Source of the DNA: Acaryochloris sp. CCMEE 5410
GTDB lineage: Bacteria > Cyanobacteriota > Cyanobacteriia > Thermosynechococcales > Thermosynechococcaceae
Assembly: GCF_000238775.2 (NCBI RefSeq)
Contig: NZ_AFEJ02000004.1
Location: 120,101 to 152,100 of the forward strand
Reading direction: 5' to 3'
DNA length: 32,000 nucleotides
The translations under genes were made by a program, and so were the position numbers. The notes beneath the pieces are model-generated. The model searched no databases. It worked only from the letters and a program-made list of their open reading frames with translations, and was not told where the DNA came from. Positions 19,009 through 26,234 of the stretch are shown piece after piece (the first letter of the stretch is position 1; every line of letters begins with the position of its first letter).

Positions 19009-19424
19009 AATGATTCTCCCAAAATAAAGTGGGAATCAAGACTACTTAAATTGCCCTAATTCTTCATAAATACAGCAGTCATGAAAATGCAGAAATGTAT
19101 AGATAGTAAGGATTGTCTTGGTGAACGTGATAGATTTATAGGCATGAAACAGAAGCATTTTATGCTTTAGTCGGGGCAATTTTCCTGACTATGGATTGCC
19201 CTTTTACTCATTCGGCTAGACTAGTTTGTCAAAACCCACAATATAGAATCTGAGACTGTGTTAAATTTCATTCAGATTGTATGAACAGCAATCATTTGAG
19301 GGCGATCTAATATACTCCAGGTCGCCCTTTTCCATACCGCTTTGTCATCCTTCACCTCAATTGGGGCATCCTCATAGTTGTGAGTACGGATAACTACTTC
19401 AAAACCATCAACGAAATAGATCTC

Positions 19425-19456
19425 GACAGCTTCTCGTTACTGAAGCTGTCTTTTTT
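19425..19456 (+). terminator. terminator-like hairpin on + strand overlapping the 3' end of the minus-strand ORF 19437..19754
   Basis: GACAGCTTC-tcgttact-GAAGCTGTC followed by TTTTTT. Confidence 0.45.
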
Positions 19457-19754
19457 GTCTCAAGCTCCCCTCGCACCAGGCCATCCAAGATTTCGCCAAC
19501 TGGCAATCACTGACTTCATCCGGTAGCTCTGCCCAGAACAACTCGAAGGCTTGCTGAGCCTGCCAGAAATACTCAAAATACCCCTCGCGCACCGACCAGT
19601 TGCACAACAACAAATTGCGGAGAAACAGAGCTTGGTAAGGATGAAGGCGACCGGGGTAAACCGGAAAACCCTCATCCTCACAGAAGCCCTTGATATCTTC
19701 CCGGCAATACTCCGTTAGAGTTTTCAGTGCTTGCCAGTCGATGGTCAGGTTCAT
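19437..19754 (-). CDS. hypothetical protein, third gene of a coupled trio
   Basis: ATGA-type 4-bp overlap with the end of 19751..20197. Confidence 0.7.
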   Translation of the reverse strand: MNLTIDWQALKTLTEYCREDIKGFCEDEGFPVYPGRLHPYQALFLRNLLLCNWSVREGYFEYFWQAQQAFELFWAELPDEVSDCQLAKSWMAWCEGSLRQKRQLQ

Positions 19755-20197
19755 ATTCCAAACTTTTTCTGAGCAGAGATGAACAAGGTGCTAGCCGCAC
19801 ATTTGAGCGTTTCTTCACTAACTCCAGACTCCCCTAGCGCTCTGGATGCCTGTTTGAAACAGAACGCATAAAGATCAGCCCGACTCGTGATGTAACTTGC
19901 GATCGCACTTTTCACTTCTCCTTCCAACTCCCCAGTATCCAGGGGTGGTGTCTCGACCACCGGGGACTGACCCGGAGCCGGGGCTTGCTCGACCAGGCTG
20001 TACTTCCCTTTGGCATCCTTAGCGACCTGAACAGGTTGGCCTTTGCGGAGAGCTTTGAGCGCTGCATCATCGGGATTACCCCAAATCTTTATATCTTCTC
20101 CATCAGGGAGTGTGATTTTTGCATTAAGTCTTGGACCATGCTGGGTATCCCATTCTTTAGCGGGAAATTTGACCTTAGCAGTTAGTATTTGTGTCAT
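19751..20197 (-). CDS. hypothetical protein with OB-like N-terminal segment
   Basis: LTAKVKFPAKEWDTQHGPRLNAKITLPDGEDIKIWGNPDDAALKALRKGQPVQVAKDAKGKYSLVE; 4-bp overlaps with both neighbours. Confidence 0.75.
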   Translation of the reverse strand: MTQILTAKVKFPAKEWDTQHGPRLNAKITLPDGEDIKIWGNPDDAALKALRKGQPVQVAKDAKGKYSLVEQAPAPGQSPVVETPPLDTGELEGEVKSAIASYITSRADLYAFCFKQASRALGESGVSEETLKCAASTLFISAQKKFGI

Positions 20198-20433
20198 TGT
20201 TCTGCTCCTTCTAATACGTCCATCAGTCCTGGCAAACTCTCATTGGCAGCAGCCAGCAGATCAGGAGGAATCACCGATAACACTTGGGGAGAGAACCCCC
20301 AGATCAAGATTGCCGGGTCCAGTTGTCCAGCCCTGGCAAATGCAATTGCTTGATCAATCGATAATTGACACCAGGCATTCTCTGGATGGGGAGCTGGTAC
20401 AGGAGGCAAAGTCGGTAGGGTAGTAGTGGTCAT
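20194..20433 (-). CDS. hypothetical protein, first gene of a coupled trio
   Basis: 79-aa ORF, SD CTGGAGAAAATCCTATG, 4-bp overlap with next gene. Confidence 0.7.
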   Translation of the reverse strand: MTTTTLPTLPPVPAPHPENAWCQLSIDQAIAFARAGQLDPAILIWGFSPQVLSVIPPDLLAAANESLPGLMDVLEGAEQ

Positions 20434-20479
20434 AGGATTTTCTCCAGATAGGCGAAACCCCCAGCGAATCAGCCAGGGG

Positions 20480-20513
20480 AATTAATAGGTGTGAAATAAA
20501 TTAATAGGTGTGA
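20480..20513. repeat. two direct copies of AATTAATAGGTGTGA, 19-bp period
   Basis: Copies at 20480..20494 and 20499..20513 in the leader/promoter region of the trio. Confidence 0.8.
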
Positions 20514-20553
20514 TACGAGGGGATTGGGAAGCGCTTGGTGGAATAAAGGATAA

Positions 20554-20712
20554 CTATTGTGCTTTTTCTCGTAACCCTTCTAGCTCATGAATCCAATGCT
20601 CAATCATACTCAGAACGTGGTTACGGCTAGACCAATCACCGTTAAACCCTTGAATTGCATGGGTTTGCAATTCCTTCAAAAACGCTATGTCTTTTTTGAT
20701 GTCTTGTTGCAT
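20554..20712 (-). CDS. small hypothetical protein (52 aa) absent from the ORF track
   Basis: Translated manually: MQQDIKKDIAFLKELQTHAIQGFNGDWSSRNHVLSMIEHWIHELEGLREKAQ*. Confidence 0.5.
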   Translation of the reverse strand: MQQDIKKDIAFLKELQTHAIQGFNGDWSSRNHVLSMIEHWIHELEGLREKAQ

Positions 20713-20784
20713 GGTTGAGTCCCCATGAAGAATTTAGTGCTAATCGATTCAGGAGTACATGGCTGAGATCGCATAGTCTCTGCT

Positions 20785-20940
20785 TTAAACCCTGCTCCAA
20801 TACACTAGCCGCAACCCCATCGCAGCAACATACTCCCTGATGACCGACCCAAGGCATTCCTGGGTTTGGGCTTGCTGGAAATCAATCAACTGGAAGGAGC
20901 GGCCATTCCAGACTTCGATTTTGGCAGCGTGAATTTTCAT
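20785..20940 (-). CDS. small hypothetical protein (51 aa) absent from the ORF track
   Basis: Translated manually: MKIHAAKIEVWNGRSFQLIDFQQAQTQECLGSVIREYVAAMGLRLVYWSRV*; SD CCGGAGGCAATCCCATG. Confidence 0.55.
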   Translation of the reverse strand: MKIHAAKIEVWNGRSFQLIDFQQAQTQECLGSVIREYVAAMGLRLVYWSRV

Positions 20941-21340
20941 GGGATTGCCTCCGGTGATTCAGAAGGAAGCCCCCCGGCAGTGAACCAGGGGGCTGATTAG
21001 TGTGAGGGAAAAAGCAAGGATAAGAAAAGAAAGAGAAAAGTTTGGGGGGGGGAGGGGGCTGTTAATTGGGTTGCAAGGTTTGGATGTATCCTTCCAATGA
21101 TTTAAATAGGGAAAACCCCGGACAGGAGATGCCGGGGTTTTAGGGAGTAACCGAAGATCGAGTGACAAACCCAATCGGTGAGAGAAGAAACTCAAAAATG
21201 AAGTATTGAAGCTTAAATACTAGATAATGCTACTTATTTGTTAGGTATTAGACTACATTTCTAGACCTAATCAAGTTGTAAATCTGGGTACATATTAATC
21301 AAGTTCTCAACCAATCAGGGAAAAGGACGAGAAGCTGGCA

Positions 21341-21556
21341 TCAAGCTTTGGGAGCTGCAAACCCTACCCTGGTACGATCCAGGATGGTTTGGACTGCTCT
21401 GATGCCAAGGGGATTATCAAGCCTGAGACTGGGATTTTGAGAATTCGGGTCAAGGACCCAAGCGATACCTTCAAAGCGTTTCCCGCACTCCACAGCAGCA
21501 TCAACCCTGATTTGGTCATCGACCCAGACATAGGCATAGGTTATCTTTGGAGGCAT
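21341..21556 (-). CDS. small hypothetical protein
   Basis: 71-aa ORF with upstream leader hairpin and SD-like sequence. Confidence 0.5.
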   Translation of the reverse strand: MPPKITYAYVWVDDQIRVDAAVECGKRFEGIAWVLDPNSQNPSLRLDNPLGIRAVQTILDRTRVGFAAPKA

Positions 21557-21581
21557 GGGTCCAGCTCAATGAAAGGACATA

Positions 21582-21618
21582 GCAAAGCACCCTAGCAGAA
21601 AGGGCCAGGGTGCTTTGC
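21582..21618 (-). promoter_or_regulatory. strong leader hairpin upstream of 21341..21556
   Basis: GCAAAGCACCCT-agcagaaagggcc-AGGGTGCTTTGC, perfect 12-bp stem. Confidence 0.6.
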
Positions 21619-21641
21619 AAGTATTGGGTGAAGGGATGGGG

Positions 21642-21872
21642 CTAGCTCAACACGGCGGGAACGATGATGGCAATCACAGCCGTTGCAATCAAGCCAAAGG
21701 CCAAGTTAATGAGCAGTTTAGAGGCTTCCCAATAGGTATCTGTTCGTTCGTTGGCGGATCGAACGTCTTTATCAAGAGCTTCGACCTTTGTTGTTAGCTC
21801 CTGAATCTGGCTCGACATCGTTGTTAAAGCCTGTTCGATCGGATTATTACTTTCAGGGGTAGATGCTGTCAT
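21642..21872 (-). CDS. small coiled-coil protein with C-terminal transmembrane helix
   Basis: MTASTPESNNPIEQALTTMSSQIQELTTKVEALDKDVRSANERTDTYWEASKLLINLAFGLIATAVIAIIVPAVLS. Confidence 0.65.
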   Translation of the reverse strand: MTASTPESNNPIEQALTTMSSQIQELTTKVEALDKDVRSANERTDTYWEASKLLINLAFGLIATAVIAIIVPAVLS

Positions 21873-21957
21873 TGCAAGCTCCTTGGTTACTGTCATTGTA
21901 TCAATCGAAGAAGAAAAGCACCCCAGCCCGGAAGCCAGGATGCAGAGGAATGTGGGC

Positions 21958-22110
21958 CTATTGCTCGTCATATAGCTGTTGCAGTTGGTCAACCTGAGAA
22001 GGACTCAGGTCCAACTCCCAAACAACCTTGAACTCAGCTTCGGGATATTCGCAGCCTCCGTCAATGAGTTTATTGAGCATCTGTAATGCTCTCTCTATAA
22101 GACTTTCCAT
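21958..22110 (-). CDS. small hypothetical protein (50 aa) absent from the ORF track
   Basis: Translated manually: MESLIERALQMLNKLIDGGCEYPEAEFKVVWELDLSPSQVDQLQQLYDEQ*. Confidence 0.55.
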   Translation of the reverse strand: MESLIERALQMLNKLIDGGCEYPEAEFKVVWELDLSPSQVDQLQQLYDEQ

Positions 22111-22180
22111 AATCACGTTCTCTGATTATTCCTGAAACAAAGCAGGGGCAGGATGCCCCTTGCTTGACCTGGAACTAACT

Positions 22181-22360
22181 CTAGGTATCTTCTGGGTGGG
22201 TATCAGGGACGAAATGACGGGAGTCTCCAGAATCAAAAGGCTGATGCTGGTAGCCATCCTGGGTCGGGACTGAGAGCCATTTCTTAGGAGTAGTCCAAGG
22301 CTGACTTAATTCAGCGTCAGTTCTGGGTTGCCAAGCTTGACTCATTAAATCGTTTAACAT
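22181..22360 (-). CDS. small hypothetical protein (59 aa) absent from the ORF track
   Basis: Translated manually: MLNDLMSQAWQPRTDAELSQPWTTPKKWLSVPTQDGYQHQPFDSGDSRHFVPDTHPEDT*; SD AAGAGG 9 nt upstream of ATG. Confidence 0.45.
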   Translation of the reverse strand: MLNDLMSQAWQPRTDAELSQPWTTPKKWLSVPTQDGYQHQPFDSGDSRHFVPDTHPEDT

Positions 22361-22390
22361 TGGCTCATACCTCTTAGTAGGTGTACAAGT

Positions 22391-22458
22391 GAGAGCCGCT
22401 GAAGTTCTGCCAGGAAGGACAGCGGCTCTTTCAATGAAAGTTTTTGAATTTGTCTCTA
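22391..22458 (-). promoter_or_regulatory. conserved leader block, copy 1 (hairpin AGAGCCGCTG/CAGCGGCTCT)
   Basis: Minus strand TAGAGACAAATTCAAAAACTTTCATTGAAAGAGCCGCTGTCCTTCCTGGCAGAACTTCAGCGGCTCTC; near-identical to 25951..26013. Confidence 0.8.
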
Positions 22459-22571
22459 GTTTTTAGCCTTAGTCGGCATCGCCTTACGGTCGCGGCACCA
22501 GCTACAGGTGTTTGCTAGCAGTTGGGGGAAGGTCGCTGTCGCCCGGTCTTTTGTTGTTTATCTATGATTGT

Positions 22572-22600
22572 ATAGTACAAAATTAGGCCAGAGAAGTCAA
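22572..22600 (-). promoter_or_regulatory. sigma70-like promoter
   Basis: TTGACT-N17-TACTAT on the minus strand. Confidence 0.5.
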
Positions 22601-22622
22601 GCATTTTTAGGCGTTTTTATAT

Positions 22623-22650
22623 AAAAAATCCCGATCATTGACCGGGATTT
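22623..22650 (-). terminator. intrinsic terminator of 22675..22902
   Basis: Minus strand AAATCCCG-gtcaatgat-CGGGATTT followed by TTT, 25 nt after the stop codon. Confidence 0.85.
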
Positions 22651-22674
22651 AAATAAGATTCTCTGTTGTATCGC

Positions 22675-22902
22675 TTAACTCTGTTTTTCAGCCTTTTTTC
22701 GCTGGTAATACTTTTTCATCCACTCTCGTTTATATGCCTTGCGAGCCTCTGTTTGCTCAAAACGCTCCTGAGCTTCCTTGACTTTCTGTTGGCCTTTCTC
22801 AGTAGATTGATATTTCTGCACTCCTTTACGCAAGACTTCTTTGCCCTTCTCAGTTTGAGCATATTTTTTGCTTGCCCGTTTCTCGGCTTCGCTGCTTGCC
22901 AA
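22675..22902 (-). CDS. basic, repeat-containing small protein
   Basis: KYAQTEKGKEVLRKGVQKYQSTEKGQQKVKEAQERFEQTEARKAYKREWMKKYYQRKK; internal Y/F-x-x-T-E-K/A repeat. Confidence 0.65.
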   Translation of the reverse strand: MASSEAEKRASKKYAQTEKGKEVLRKGVQKYQSTEKGQQKVKEAQERFEQTEARKAYKREWMKKYYQRKKAEKQS

Positions 22903-22999
22903 GGCTCAATCTCCTCTACTCAAGACACTATTCGTACAGTGTAGTGTTTTCCTGATCCAAGCTTCCAGCCCCAGCATATAAGCCAGGGCTGGAGAACTG

Positions 23000-24406
23000 C
23001 TATCGATGTGTTTTGTACTCAACTGAGAACGGGAAACCACCCAACGCTTGTTCTAGTTGCTCTATTACCTCCACAGAAATCGGTGACTGCCAACCAAAGC
23101 TAAACACCAGTGTGTGCGAGTAAAAGATGCAGTTTTCAGTATTAACGCCGTGGTCTAGGAGCCAGGTAAACCCGTCGAATTCCGTTTGTGCTTTCGTTAT
23201 GGCCTTGTCATACTCCTTTTTGATATCAACCCGCTTTTTCTCCGCTTGCTGTTGCTGACGTGCAGCGTTGGCCTTGGTTTGGGCATCGACAATTACGGGA
23301 ACCAAGAACTGTTGCTCATCCTCGGTCAACTTTGCACGTTTGGATCTGCGCTGATCATCAGGCATCAGCCGCAAGAGGTGATAACTATCAGGGGAGAGAT
23401 AAGGTGAGCCGATGCAGTGATCGCAAAAGACTAGCTCGGTATCGTGGGGGTGTTTGTGGCCGCAATAACCACAAGATTTTGGCAAGGTGGGATCTGGCTC
23501 AGGCTTGGACACTGGAGGGGCGACCGGGACAGGCTCTAGAACTGAATCCAGTTCTCGTAAAGCTTTGAGGACTTGATCCACTGCATAGCGACCAGCACTG
23601 TTCAATCTACGCTGAAAAATTCCCTCTCTCGTCCGGTTGAAGGATTGACCTTTGACGATTCTGTAAGCAGGCTTGGTCAGACGCCGATCAAAGTCGAGCT
23701 GAATCCGGTTCACAACATTATTTTCAATGACGGTGACGCCCAGATCATCATGGCGGGTTTCTGCTGATTCTCCTTGCTCTGCTATGCGTTCGAGGTCAGC
23801 CTTTAACTGTTCAATCCGTTGTTTTGTATTGCGGATCGTGGCGTTATTGTTGGTTAAGGAATAATTGGGGTATCCAATTCGGCCACAAAAATCTGGGGTC
23901 AATAATTCTTGCGCTCTAGACTTGCTGATATTAGCCTTCTCCGCTACGGCCTTGACTCGTGCCTCTCCTTCAAGCTTTTTGGTTGAGCGGATGATTTTGT
24001 TAATCCGCTTCATCTCATCTTGGAGTTGTTGCAGCCCTTCAAGTTTGTGTTTCAATTTTGCGATCGCGTCAGGATCGTCCGAAGAAATTGCAGTATTATT
24101 CTGGATGCCCTCAAGCTTATCCTGGTAACGCTGGGCAGTATCAGCGTGTTCCGCAGCTTTGTCATAGTTTTGATTGACGCGCTTGCGGTAAGCCCGATCT
24201 CCCTTCTCAGAATGGTGACCCACGAGGATCGGCTGTCCAAGGGGGATGGCTGAGGCCATCTTTGAGGCAGTCTCATAACGCTGTTGGGACTCTTTCTGGT
24301 GCTTTTCAGCTAGTTCCTCGTAGCGTTCAATCTTCCGCTCTTTCTTGTCTTCAACGTGCTGGCGACGTTGCTCTAGAACGTCTTGAACGACTTCGGGATT
24401 ATTCAT
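23000..24406 (-). CDS. DUF3560-domain protein with Cys cluster
   Basis: RKIERYEELAEKHQKESQQRYETASKMASAIPLGQPILVGHHSEKGDRAYRKRV; later CGYCGHKHPHDTELVFCDHC. Confidence 0.85.
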   Translation of the reverse strand: MNNPEVVQDVLEQRRQHVEDKKERKIERYEELAEKHQKESQQRYETASKMASAIPLGQPILVGHHSEKGDRAYRKRVNQNYDKAAEHADTAQRYQDKLEGIQNNTAISSDDPDAIAKLKHKLEGLQQLQDEMKRINKIIRSTKKLEGEARVKAVAEKANISKSRAQELLTPDFCGRIGYPNYSLTNNNATIRNTKQRIEQLKADLERIAEQGESAETRHDDLGVTVIENNVVNRIQLDFDRRLTKPAYRIVKGQSFNRTREGIFQRRLNSAGRYAVDQVLKALRELDSVLEPVPVAPPVSKPEPDPTLPKSCGYCGHKHPHDTELVFCDHCIGSPYLSPDSYHLLRLMPDDQRRSKRAKLTEDEQQFLVPVIVDAQTKANAARQQQQAEKKRVDIKKEYDKAITKAQTEFDGFTWLLDHGVNTENCIFYSHTLVFSFGWQSPISVEVIEQLEQALGGFPFSVEYKTHR

Positions 24407-24475
24407 GATGGCAATTCCTATGATTGATGGGATGTGGCGAGTGGGCGGTTTGATGGCACCGCTTAGGCCAAAGAA

Positions 24476-25564
24476 TTAGGCAACAGAGGACGTTTGAGAC
24501 TCAAACAGCGGTAACCCTGAAAACTGGGGGATGCTGGTTATGTCCACTCTGACGCCAAGCATCAACCTCGCGGCTTGCTCAAGGATCTGGTCGTCCCAGT
24601 ACAAGAAAGTATTGCTCTCTTCCATGAACTGATAAATGCATTCCATGATCCGGGTTTTCGCAGGGCCAATAGTCTTGGTGTATTGCAGTTGAGCGTGCAG
24701 ATTGCCATCAGAGCTAAGGGATTGCATCAAATGATAAAGCGCCACAGAAGCGAACCCCTCATAAGGCTGAAAGAATTGCTGTTCATCGCTCAGGGACCAA
24801 TCACGCAGTTGCAGAAGCAGGGTAGATACCTTTGTTCCCTCAAAACGAGTGGGATTGTTCTCGACATAGCCGCACTTGCCAAGTAACCTTTGCAAATTCA
24901 TCGCACTGCTATTGTTGCAATTGCAGGCAATCGACTCGGGCACAATCGCCGCAAGGGTGCCATTGTGCTTCAATGCTGCATGAGCCTTGAGAACATGTTG
25001 AACCCAATTGAAGCCCTCAAACGGGGGATTCATCGCAATCAGGTCATAGCGTTGTGTTAAGTTGACGCTTAAAAAATCCTCGCCCACGACATCAAATCCC
25101 TGGCCCTTCAGAATCTCCTGATTGATAGGATCAATCTCGTAGCAATCAATGGTTGCGTTTGGGTATCGTTCCCGTAGCTCTCTTGCGATCGCACCTTTGC
25201 CCGCTTCAGGTTCCAGAATGGTGAATGGAAAGTCTGACGCTTCGGGGAAGTCTGCAATAAGGAGCAAATCATCAATTGCTGCCTGTGGCGTTTCAAACAG
25301 GCTGTAAGGGTTAGTCTTGGGATATCTCCCTTGCTCTAAGAGCAATTGAATCTGGTCAGATGGGTCTTTGAAGCTCTCGTGATAAGAGCCATTCCAGAAA
25401 ATACCCAGACTATGGATCAGGGGCTTGAATGCTGCATAATCCTTTGTGGACATCTGGACTGAAAGATCAACTCGATAGCTATTGCCATTACTGGAAACTT
25501 GAGCAGATTCCAGCGCCTCTCTATGTATAGACTTGAGGCGTTTTGAAGAAAAAATGATGGTCAT
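24476..25564 (-). CDS. SAM-dependent methyltransferase, N6-adenine/N4-cytosine-like
   Basis: FTILEPEAGKGAIARELRERYPNATIDCYEIDP (SAM site) and YDLIAMNPPFEGFNWVQHV (NPPF catalytic motif). Confidence 0.85.
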   Translation of the reverse strand: MTIIFSSKRLKSIHREALESAQVSSNGNSYRVDLSVQMSTKDYAAFKPLIHSLGIFWNGSYHESFKDPSDQIQLLLEQGRYPKTNPYSLFETPQAAIDDLLLIADFPEASDFPFTILEPEAGKGAIARELRERYPNATIDCYEIDPINQEILKGQGFDVVGEDFLSVNLTQRYDLIAMNPPFEGFNWVQHVLKAHAALKHNGTLAAIVPESIACNCNNSSAMNLQRLLGKCGYVENNPTRFEGTKVSTLLLQLRDWSLSDEQQFFQPYEGFASVALYHLMQSLSSDGNLHAQLQYTKTIGPAKTRIMECIYQFMEESNTFLYWDDQILEQAARLMLGVRVDITSIPQFSGLPLFESQTSSVA

Positions 25565-25626
25565 GATAATTCCCTTCGTGGCGAGTGGGGATGAAAACGG
25601 GAGGGGGCAGAGGTGCCCCGGATGGT

Positions 25627-25920
25627 CTAGAACGGTTCGTCTGCTTCATCCTCAGCTCGGAGCTGGCGAGATGTCGGCACCGTTTGCCAGTCGGCAAGTC
25701 TGGAGCTAGGACCGTACTCGGACAGCACCCAGGTTCTGAGCCGATCACCTAATGAACCGACTCTGTTCTTGACAATGAAGTAGATTTCCTCAAGTTCACC
25801 ACCGTCACGGACTCCAGGCCAATGCTCGACCTGACCGCAGACTAGGGTCACTTCAGGATAGAGAGGATCGGTAATCTGTTCGTCAACCTGTTTCTCAAGT
25901 TGCGTTAATGTAGTAATCAT
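25627..25920 (-). CDS. hypothetical protein
   Basis: 97-aa ORF preceded by leader block copy 2; SD AAAGGA 9 nt upstream of ATG. Confidence 0.6.
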   Translation of the reverse strand: MITTLTQLEKQVDEQITDPLYPEVTLVCGQVEHWPGVRDGGELEEIYFIVKNRVGSLGDRLRTWVLSEYGPSSRLADWQTVPTSRQLRAEDEADEPF

Positions 25921-25950
25921 CTGTATTTCCTTTGGTAAATGGTTTACAGA

Positions 25951-26013
25951 GAGAGCCGCTGAAGATCTGCCAGGAAAAGCAGCGGCTCTTTTTCAATGAA
26001 AGTTTTGTCTCTA
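25951..26013 (-). promoter_or_regulatory. conserved leader block, copy 2
   Basis: Minus strand TAGAGACAAAACTTTCATTGAAAAAGAGCCGCTGCTTTTCCTGGCAGATCTTCAGCGGCTCTC. Confidence 0.8.
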
Positions 26014-26143
26014 TCCTTTGATTGCTTCTTCTAGCTTCTTTACCCAGTCTGGAAGACCTTGTGCTTTGCCTAGAAGATCATGTCTCTGGACTATTTCGGT
26101 GGAAGCCTTTCGGGGCGCTTGCCTTTCCTTTTAGTATGCTATT

Positions 26144-26173
26144 ATTGTACACAAGCTATGCACAGCTTGTCAA
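26144..26173 (-). promoter_or_regulatory. strong sigma70-like promoter overlapping a near-perfect palindrome
   Basis: Minus strand TTGACA-N18-TACAAT; palindrome ACAAGCTATGCACAGCTTGT at 26151..26170. Confidence 0.7.
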
Positions 26174-26234
26174 CACATTTACCCCAAGTTGTGTTTATGC
26201 TGTTGCTAATTTCATGCTAAAAAGGAAGACAATA

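Noticed and set aside
23186-24253. Plus-strand ORFs opposite the DUF3560 gene
   Set aside because: Leu/Val/Phe-rich antisense shadows of a coiled-coil gene rather than true membrane proteins.
26022-26234. Upstream extension of the RHH ORF
   Set aside because: It would cover the divergent promoter and palindrome; the internal ATG at 26235 has an SD and begins the RHH-like sequence.
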